From Nitrosopumilus sp. (lineage in GTDB: Archaea > Thermoproteota > Nitrososphaeria > Nitrososphaerales > Nitrosopumilaceae), in contig OY759726.1 of NCBI GenBank assembly GCA_963662625.1, forward strand, positions 896,001 to 960,000: a stretch of 64,000 nt of DNA. The letters run 5' to 3'. How positions within the stretch are numbered: position 1 is the first letter of the stretch; each line of letters opens with the position of its first letter. The position numbers and the translations under genes were made by a program. Shown in pieces: positions 57,087-64,000 of this stretch. The notes below the pieces were generated by a model. That model searched no databases, was not told the DNA's origin, and was given only the letters and a program-made list of their open reading frames with translations.

Positions 57087-58166
57087 ATGAAAGCTGTAAT
57101 CTACGACGAGTACGCTCCAGATGACAATTACGCCAGAATCCTCAAAGTCCGGGATATGGATGATCCGAAACCCAAGGCGGACGAGGTGGTCTTCACGGTA
57201 AAGGCCGCCGCCCTCAACTACAACGATATTTGGGGGATGAGGGGGGAGCCAGTGGCAGTCCCCCTGCCGCACGTGTCCGGATCGGACGCCGCCGGCGACG
57301 TGGTCGCGGTTGGGGAGGACGTGAAAAACATCAAGGTCGGCGACAGGGTCGTCTCACACTCCAACATGTCGTGCAGGGTATGCATGGCGTGCACCGCCGG
57401 GCGCGAGTTTGACTGCGTCAAGAGGACCATCTGGGGCTTCCAGACTGGCCCCGCGTGGGGCGCATACCAGGAGGTAACACACCTGCCGGAAGTCAACGTG
57501 TCCAAGATCCCGGAGGGGGTGTCCTATGACGAGGCCGCGGCCGCGTCGATGACAATACTCACTTCTTGGCACATGCTGGTAGGCAGGGCGAGAATCACGC
57601 CCGGGCAGACGGTGCTGATCATGGGAGGCGGCTCGGGCGTCGGCAGCTTCGGCATCCAGATCGCCAAGCTGTACAACTGCGACGTGATCGCGACCGCCAG
57701 CCCGGACAAGCTGGACAAGTGCCTGGAACTCGGGGCAGACTATGCCGTGGATCACAGAAAGGACGACTGGCACAAGGAGGTAAGGACGATCTCAAAGGAG
57801 ATCGCTAAAAGAAAGGGCGAGGCGCCCGGGATAGACATCTCGTTTGACCACATAGGCCAGACCCACTGGAACAAGCAACTCACGCTGCTCAAGTACGGCG
57901 CCACCCTTGTCTCTTGCGGCGCGACCACCGGCTATGACGCAAAGACCGACCTGAGGCACATCTTCTTCAAGGGGACCAACATCCTCGGCTCGACGCAGGG
58001 AACCAAGGCCGAGCTTGACCAGGCGCTGTACTGGATGGGCCAGGGGAAGATAAAGTCCGCAATAGACTCCGTGTACTCGTTTGAGCAGGCGGCAGAGGCC
58101 CATACCAAGATGCTGACCGGCAAGGGCCTCTTTGGCAAAATCTTAATGAAGCCAGAGGGCGCATAG
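57087..58166 (+). CDS. Zinc-binding MDR-family oxidoreductase
   Basis: LNYNDIW, GSDAAG, structural Zn site CRVCMAC..C, GGGSGVG. Confidence 0.9.
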   Translation: MKAVIYDEYAPDDNYARILKVRDMDDPKPKADEVVFTVKAAALNYNDIWGMRGEPVAVPLPHVSGSDAAGDVVAVGEDVKNIKVGDRVVSHSNMSCRVCMACTAGREFDCVKRTIWGFQTGPAWGAYQEVTHLPEVNVSKIPEGVSYDEAAAASMTILTSWHMLVGRARITPGQTVLIMGGGSGVGSFGIQIAKLYNCDVIATASPDKLDKCLELGADYAVDHRKDDWHKEVRTISKEIAKRKGEAPGIDISFDHIGQTHWNKQLTLLKYGATLVSCGATTGYDAKTDLRHIFFKGTNILGSTQGTKAELDQALYWMGQGKIKSAIDSVYSFEQAAEAHTKMLTGKGLFGKILMKPEGA

Positions 58167-58173
58167 TCACTGC

Positions 58174-59031
58174 ATGGCGCAACCCTTCCGGAGCCTCATT
58201 TTCGTCCCCGGGAACAACCCCCGCTTCATAGAGAGGGCAAAGCGGATCGTGGCAGACGTCGTCTGCTTCGACCTGGAGGACTCGGTGCCGGACGGGGAAA
58301 AGCCCGCGGCTAGGAAGCTGGTAAAGGAGGCCCTAAAGTCGCGTTCCTCCTACGCCTCGCCGGTATACGTCAGGACAAACTCCGCGGCGTCCGGCAAGAT
58401 CCCAGACGACCTCGGCCAGGTGGTGCAGGAGGGAATCGACGGCATAGTGGTCCCCAAGGTGGGGGGCGCCGAGGAACTCAAGAAGGTGATAGGCGACCTT
58501 TCCGCCCTGGAGCAGATGCGCGGGATGGGGCCGGTCTCGGTAATCCCGTCGATAGAGTCCGCCGCCGGCGTGGTCAACGCGTACCGGATAGCCTCCTCGA
58601 GCGAGCGGGTCGTCGCGGTCGTCTTCGGGGTATTTGACCTGCTCAACGACATGGGGATCGAGTATTCCAAGAACCCCGAGGGCGGGAGGTACCCCCGGGC
58701 GAAGATACCCGTAGACGCGGCCGCCGCAGGGGTCGCGTCGATCGACGCCATATGGCAGGACCTGAAGGACTCCAAGGGGCTGGAAGAGGACTGCGAGATT
58801 GGAAAGGGGCTGGGCTATTCGGGAAAGAGCATAATACACCCCGACCAGATACCCGCCGCGCACAGGATCTTCCGCCCCACCAAGACGGAGATCCTGTGGG
58901 CAGAAAAGGTCTGCGGGCGGTACCTCGAGTCCGTCCGGGCCGGCAAGGGCGCTACCACGGTGGACGGGAAGATGATCGACGAGGTCCACTACAAGCAGGC
59001 GAGGGCGCTGCTCGACGCCGCCAAACCCTGA
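58174..59031 (+). CDS. CitE/malyl-CoA lyase-like CoA-ester lyase
   Basis: RSLIFVPG, DLEDSV, IESA.G, GK..IHP.Q, GKMID. Confidence 0.9.
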   Translation: MAQPFRSLIFVPGNNPRFIERAKRIVADVVCFDLEDSVPDGEKPAARKLVKEALKSRSSYASPVYVRTNSAASGKIPDDLGQVVQEGIDGIVVPKVGGAEELKKVIGDLSALEQMRGMGPVSVIPSIESAAGVVNAYRIASSSERVVAVVFGVFDLLNDMGIEYSKNPEGGRYPRAKIPVDAAAAGVASIDAIWQDLKDSKGLEEDCEIGKGLGYSGKSIIHPDQIPAAHRIFRPTKTEILWAEKVCGRYLESVRAGKGATTVDGKMIDEVHYKQARALLDAAKP

Positions 59032-59079
59032 CCCGACGTTCCCGCCTGAGCCCCGCGGAACCCTGCTGAAACAATATAG

Positions 59080-59808
59080 GTGGCGGGGTGCCAACAGACG
59101 GCATTGGTAGACCTACTCGATCCCAACGCCGTACTCAACAGGATGTTTGACGCGGGAAAGTTTGACGACATGTTCAGCTACTGCCAGACGCTGCTCAAAA
59201 AGGATCCGGGCGACATGCTCGCGCTGCAGAACTCCGCCCTGGCCCTGTTCCGCCTAGAGCAGTATGCCGACGCGGTGGTTTTCTGCGACAGGGTGCTCAA
59301 CACCGCCGACTCTGACTCCTACGCGCTAAAGATCAAGATCTACTGCCTCGAGCGCATGAAAAGGCACGGGCAGGCCTTGGAATGTTGCGCCAGGCTTCTG
59401 GAGGACGACCCGCGCGACGCTTGGGCGCTAAACAGCACGGGCCTGTCGCTGAACGAACTGGACAGGCACGAGGAGGCGATCACGTACTATGACAGGGCGC
59501 TTGCCATCGACGGGGGAGACATCACCGCGCTTATGAACAAGGCGATGTCCCTCTACCACATGGGCGACTACGACGGGTGCATAGCGTGCTATGACAGGGT
59601 GCAGACGCTGGATCCTGCCCAGGCAGACGCGGCGGCGGCAAAGTCCAGGGCCTTCTCCAAGCTGGGGCTCGAGGACGAGGCGTTTCTCGCAGCCCAGGGC
59701 GTCTTGGTAAAGGACATGGAGAAGATAAAGCGGGACGCAAAAAATAACAAGTACACCGTATTTCACCAGTTCTGCACTGACGAGTTCGAGGCCATGAACA
59801 AGAGGTGA
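59080..59808 (+). CDS. TPR-repeat protein
   Basis: Repeated A..N.G..L..L....EA...YD.AL pattern; start could be TTG at 59104. Confidence 0.85.
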   Translation: MAGCQQTALVDLLDPNAVLNRMFDAGKFDDMFSYCQTLLKKDPGDMLALQNSALALFRLEQYADAVVFCDRVLNTADSDSYALKIKIYCLERMKRHGQALECCARLLEDDPRDAWALNSTGLSLNELDRHEEAITYYDRALAIDGGDITALMNKAMSLYHMGDYDGCIACYDRVQTLDPAQADAAAAKSRAFSKLGLEDEAFLAAQGVLVKDMEKIKRDAKNNKYTVFHQFCTDEFEAMNKR

Positions 59809-59851
59809 TCCCTCCTTTCCATTTATAAAAAGAACCGGCCCGCACTAGACA

Positions 59852-60436
59852 ATGTTCACCGGAATAGTGGAGGGCACCGGAAGGGTGGAGAGGATCTCGA
59901 GGGACACGAAAAACAGGAGCGCGGTCAGGATGGCCGTGAACCTAGGAAGGCACGCGCGGGGGCTGAAGGCGGGCCAGTCCGTCGCGCTAAACGGGGTCTG
60001 CCTCACCGTCACGAAGATCTCCAAGTCAACCTGCACATTCGAGATGATCGACGAGACCGTCCGGAAGACGGATCTCGGCAGCCTCGAGCCCGGCGTGACG
60101 GTCAACCTGGAGCGCAGCCTCAGGGCCGGGGAGAGGCTCGAGGGGCATTTCGTGCTTGGCCACGTGGACGGGGTCGGCACGATAACGAAGATCAGCAGCG
60201 CGCCGGGGGAGGTGCGGGTAAGCTTCGAGATTCCCAGGGCGCTGTCAAAGTACGTGGTCAAGAAGGGCTCGATCGCCGTGGACGGGATAAGCCTGACGGT
60301 CACCGGCATAAGGGGCACGCTGGTGTCAGTTAGCCTCATCCCCCACACGATCGACGTCACGAACTTCAAAACAAAACAGCCAGGCGACAAGGTTAATATT
60401 GAAACCGACATCCTTGGGAAATACGTCCTGAAATAA
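59852..60436 (+). CDS. ribE: Riboflavin synthase (bacterial-type alpha chain)
   Basis: MFTGIVE, NGVCLTV, VNLER, GH.V.GHVD, SIAVDGISLT. Confidence 0.95.
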   Translation: MFTGIVEGTGRVERISRDTKNRSAVRMAVNLGRHARGLKAGQSVALNGVCLTVTKISKSTCTFEMIDETVRKTDLGSLEPGVTVNLERSLRAGERLEGHFVLGHVDGVGTITKISSAPGEVRVSFEIPRALSKYVVKKGSIAVDGISLTVTGIRGTLVSVSLIPHTIDVTNFKTKQPGDKVNIETDILGKYVLK

Positions 60437-60515
60437 GCTGCCACACCTACAATTTTATTGGTAGTTACCCATTTTTTAGTAAGCTTTATAATCGCGGCGG
60501 CGGGATTTCAGAATA

Positions 60516-61181
60516 ATGTCCCTTGAAACGGGCCTGGAGACGCTCAGGCAGGGCGAATTCGTCCTGCTGCACGACTCGGAAGGCAGGGAGAACGAGATCG
60601 ACATGGTGGTCGCAGCCGAGTTCGTCACCCCGGAACACGTGGCGCGGATGCGGCGGCACGCTGGCGGCCTCCTGTGCATGGCAGTGGACAACGGCTTTGC
60701 CAGCTCGCTTGGCCTGAGGTACATGCACGAGCTGCTCGCAGAGCACCCCGATTCGGACAGGGAGATGATCATGGGGCTCGCCCCGTACGGCGACCACCCC
60801 ACGTTCTCGATTTCGGTAAATCACTACCAGACATACACCGGCATCACCGACAACGACAGGTCGCTGACCATACGCGAGCTTGCCAACATCCACGGGGTTG
60901 AAAACAAGAGGAAGAGGTTCATCTCGTCATTCAAGACGCCTGGCCACGTCCCCATCCTGATCGCGTCGCGGGGACTGCTGCATGAAAGGCAGGGGCACAC
61001 GGAAATGTCGGTATACCTGGCACGCGTGGCAGGCCTGACGCCGGTCACCGCGATATGCGAGATGATGGACGCGGAGACATACAAGGCCCTGTCCCTTGAG
61101 AAGGCGCATAGGTATGCGAGGCAGAACGGGATCCAGCTGGTCGACAGCAGGGAGCTCCTGGAATACGCCAAGGTGCATTAA
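60516..61181 (+). CDS. ribB: 3,4-dihydroxy-2-butanone 4-phosphate synthase
   Basis: D...RENE.D, TGITD.DR, PGHV, R.GHTE, CEM. Confidence 0.95.
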   Translation: MSLETGLETLRQGEFVLLHDSEGRENEIDMVVAAEFVTPEHVARMRRHAGGLLCMAVDNGFASSLGLRYMHELLAEHPDSDREMIMGLAPYGDHPTFSISVNHYQTYTGITDNDRSLTIRELANIHGVENKRKRFISSFKTPGHVPILIASRGLLHERQGHTEMSVYLARVAGLTPVTAICEMMDAETYKALSLEKAHRYARQNGIQLVDSRELLEYAKVH

Positions 61182-61183
61182 CA

Positions 61184-61600
61184 TTGAACATCGCCGTAGT
61201 GGTCTCGGACTTTCACGAAGAGGTGACCTCCAGGATGCTTCTGGTAGCAGAGGAAAAAGCAGCGGAACTCAAACTGGATGTGACGCACGTCTGCAGGGTC
61301 CCGGGCGCCTACGACATGCCGGTCCTGGTGGACTCGCTGCTGCGTAGGGCCGACGTCGACGCGGTAGTGACGCTGGGGGCCGTCATAAGGGGGCAGACGA
61401 GGCATGACGAGGTGATCGCCCACGCCGCCGCCCTGGCGCTGACCGACCTTTCCATAAAACACGGGAAACCCGTGTCCCTGGGGGTGTCGGGGCCGGGCAT
61501 GCACGCGAGGCACGCCCATGCGAGAATACGGCCCGTGGCAGAACGCGCAGTGCTGGCAGCGGTAAAGATTTACGACGAGCTCGGCAAGGTTAGGAAATGA
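61184..61600 (+). CDS. ribH: 6,7-dimethyl-8-ribityllumazine synthase
   Basis: VPGAYDMP, LGAVIRGQTRHD, PVSLGV. Confidence 0.95.
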   Translation: MNIAVVVSDFHEEVTSRMLLVAEEKAAELKLDVTHVCRVPGAYDMPVLVDSLLRRADVDAVVTLGAVIRGQTRHDEVIAHAAALALTDLSIKHGKPVSLGVSGPGMHARHAHARIRPVAERAVLAAVKIYDELGKVRK

Positions 61601-62349
61601 TCCAGCTGAGCATTCTCAAGATCATGGGGTACGGCCCATGGACCCTGACGCTGGGAAGCGACAGGGAACACGAACTGCAGATGCTCCAGGCGTCGCTGTA
61701 CAGGGAAGTGCAGAGGCTGTTTTCAGAGAAGGGCTGCATAGTGTTCCTGAACCGGTTCGACGAGTTCTTCGCGGTATCCAACGGCCTGACGCTTGACGAG
61801 CACGTGGCCATCCAGGAGAGCCTCGAAAAGTCGTTTGACGTCCGGCTCTCGGTCTCGATCGGCAGCGCCGAATCCCCCTTCGAGGCCAACCTCGCGGCGC
61901 ACGAGGGGATGAAGAGAGAGGCGGTCCTAAACGAGGAGCACAGCATCTTCGGTTCCGTGAACGGCGAGTCGCCGCACGCCGTGTCGATAATGCACCTCGA
62001 CGTCGACAACCTCGCCTCGAGGAAGCGGACGGACTCCCCCTACGAGATCTCGTCGAAGATCTTCGAGCTGTACGCCATGATGTCGAAATACTTTCTTGCA
62101 AGAAACTCGCTGGCCTTCTTCATGGGCGGGGACAACTTCATGGTGGTGGCAGACGGCGGCGCAAAAAAATCCGCCAGCGAGTTCATCAGCATAGCCAGGA
62201 AGGAACTCGGCATCGCCCTCAACTGCGGCATCGGCAACGCGGCGACCGCAAGGGAGGCCATAAGGCTTGCCACAAAGTCGCTTGACACAATCAGGGAGAT
62301 ACGGGATTCGGGCAGGGAAAAGCCCGACGTCTACGAGATGTCATGCTAG
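61597..62349 (+). CDS. gch3: GTP cyclohydrolase III
   Basis: GYGPWT.TLG.DRE..LQ.LQ, RFD, H.DV, F.GGDNF. Confidence 0.9.
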   Translation: MIQLSILKIMGYGPWTLTLGSDREHELQMLQASLYREVQRLFSEKGCIVFLNRFDEFFAVSNGLTLDEHVAIQESLEKSFDVRLSVSIGSAESPFEANLAAHEGMKREAVLNEEHSIFGSVNGESPHAVSIMHLDVDNLASRKRTDSPYEISSKIFELYAMMSKYFLARNSLAFFMGGDNFMVVADGGAKKSASEFISIARKELGIALNCGIGNAATAREAIRLATKSLDTIREIRDSGREKPDVYEMSC

Positions 62350-63533
62350 TCAGGAACGTCGGCGCCCTCCTGGGCAAGGAACTCGAGTACGCCCGAAGGA
62401 CCAGCATCAGGATATCCGGCGGCAGGTTCTCGCAGATCCGGCCCGCCCTCAGCCGGAGGGCGGGCGAGGAGGCAGTAGACTGCGAGGGGCTGCTGGCACT
62501 CCCGGGATTCGTCAACTGCCATACCCACCTGGGAGACTCGATAGCAAAGGACGTCTTTCTTAACAGCTCCGTCGACAAGAGGATCCACCCGGTATTCGGG
62601 ATCAAGCCGAGGATCCTGAGGAACACCGGGGAGGGACACCTTGCCAGTTTCATGAGGAACTCGTGCATCTCAATGATGAGGAAGGGAATAACCACCTTTG
62701 CGGATTTTCGGGAGGGCGGGGTCCCGGGGGTGCTGCTGTTGAGGAAGGCCCTGTCGGGGCTTCCCATCCGGCCCGTCATACTGGGACGGCTGGAACTGTA
62801 CCACGCCCCCCGCGAGATCAGGCGGGACGCCGGGTTCCCAAGGGACAGGGCATGCGAGCTTGCCGATCTAGCCGGCTCGTGCGACGGGCTTGGCATCAGC
62901 GGAGCCAATGAGAACAGCGCCTCCGTGCTACGCCATTACTCCGGGACGCCGAAACTGAGGGCGATCCACGCGGCCGAGACCGAACAAAGCGCCTCCGCCT
63001 CGAAGAAGCTCACGGGCAGGTCAGAGACCTCAAGGGCGCTGGGCCTCAAGCCGCACTTCTTGGTGCACATGACCCACGCGTCAAGGGCGGATCTGCGCTC
63101 CGCGGCCAGGCGTTCCGTGGGGATCGTGGCGTGCCCGAGGGCCAACGCCGCCCTTGCGGAAGGGATCCCGGACATAGGACTGATGCAAGGGTCAGGCTGC
63201 ACCGTGGGGCTGGGTACCGACAACGTTATGGTAAACTCGCCTGACATGTTCAGGGAGATGGACTACGCCTGGAAGGCGACCATGGGCCTTGGCAAGAAGC
63301 GGGTGGATCCGGGGGGGATCCTGAAGATGGCCACCGTCAACGGGGGGAGGATCCTGCGCATGGACGTCGGCGCCATCGAGGGGGGCATGCTTGCCGACTG
63401 CATATTCCTGGACAAGCACGCCCTGGATCTGGAGCCGATGCACAGCCCGCACGCGTCAATAGTGCACAGGGCCAGCGAGGCGTCAATCCGGGCGGTGATG
63501 ATCGGGGGAAGGGTAGTGCATGGAAAGCTGTAG
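62343..63533 (+). CDS. Amidohydrolase-superfamily metallo-hydrolase
   Basis: PGFVNCHTHLGD, IHAAE, VHMT, LGTD. Confidence 0.9.
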   Translation: MLVRNVGALLGKELEYARRTSIRISGGRFSQIRPALSRRAGEEAVDCEGLLALPGFVNCHTHLGDSIAKDVFLNSSVDKRIHPVFGIKPRILRNTGEGHLASFMRNSCISMMRKGITTFADFREGGVPGVLLLRKALSGLPIRPVILGRLELYHAPREIRRDAGFPRDRACELADLAGSCDGLGISGANENSASVLRHYSGTPKLRAIHAAETEQSASASKKLTGRSETSRALGLKPHFLVHMTHASRADLRSAARRSVGIVACPRANAALAEGIPDIGLMQGSGCTVGLGTDNVMVNSPDMFREMDYAWKATMGLGKKRVDPGGILKMATVNGGRILRMDVGAIEGGMLADCIFLDKHALDLEPMHSPHASIVHRASEASIRAVMIGGRVVHGKL

Positions 63534-64000
63534 GCCCCGCATCATCCTGAGCGCGGCGATGTCCGCAGACGGAAAGATCGCCACCGTCTCTGGCGATTCC
63601 AAGCTGTCGTCGCGCAGGGACAGCGTCAGGGTCCACAAGCTCCGCTCCAGGGTCGACGCAATCCTGATTGGCAAGAACACGGCAGTCCGCGACGACCCGC
63701 TCCTGACGGTGCGCCTTGCCAGGGGGAAAAACCCGATCCGCGTAATCCTGGACTCGTCGGGGGGCCTCCCACCCACCTCAAAAATCCTGAAGACGTGCCA
63801 CGACGTCCCCACGATCATCGCAGTATCCAAGAAAATCCCCCAGAGGAGGCTGTCCCGGCTGCGCAGTCTCCCAGTCGAGGTGGTCGTCGCCGGGCAAAAC
63901 ACGGTCAGCCTGAGGCTGCTGATGGGCACGCTGGCCAAAAAAGGCATCAAGTCGGTCCTCGTGGAGGGCGGCGGCACCGTGAACTGGGCCCTATTCAAGG
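63520..64000 (+). CDS. 2,5-diamino-6-ribosylamino-pyrimidinone 5'-phosphate reductase (RibD C-terminal/ArfC type), 3' truncated
   Basis: RPRIILSAAMSADGKIAT...VHKLR...DAILIG..T...DDP.LTVR...LVEGGGTVNW; not in the ORF track. Confidence 0.9.
   Translation, partial: MESCRPRIILSAAMSADGKIATVSGDSKLSSRRDSVRVHKLRSRVDAILIGKNTAVRDDPLLTVRLARGKNPIRVILDSSGGLPPTSKILKTCHDVPTIIAVSKKIPQRRLSRLRSLPVEVVVAGQNTVSLRLLMGTLAKKGIKSVLVEGGGTVNWALFK

Overview
This is an archaeal chromosomal window, almost certainly from an ammonia-oxidising thaumarchaeon (Nitrosopumilaceae-like). The evidence is an Amt, A-type ATPase subunits C/I/K, PEFG-CTERM and CFI-box-CTERM surface proteins, rps19e, Rpp21, GTP cyclohydrolase III and short TATA-box promoters. 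The genome is unusually GC-rich for this group. It also carries a DUF285/BspA repeat gene and many eroded transposase remnants in GC-rich intergenic spacers, a pattern suggesting a host-associated (e.g. sponge) symbiont (inference). Most of the window is housekeeping: tmk, HD protein, pyrH, pyrBI, nrdJ, thiolase/DUF35, the riboflavin operon and tRNA-Gly. Most notable observations: (1) a wHTH + ATP-cone + class III RNR-like protein that lacks the glycyl-radical motif sits directly upstream of nrdJ, whose promoter carries a perfect 8-4-8 inverted repeat, making it a candidate pseudo-enzyme dNTP-sensing regulator; (2) a ~20 kb metal/surface island of secreted proteins whose mature N-termini begin with His, with swapped C-terminal anchors, duplicated cupredoxins showing gene-conversion patches, a shared promoter motif and a NikR-like/znu locus with a His-Asp VNTR; (3) a headless DUF285 cassette between three IS remnants; (4) no atpE/A/B/D between atpI and atpK; (5) several unannotated small proteins. 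All function calls come from motif recognition only; no database searches were run.
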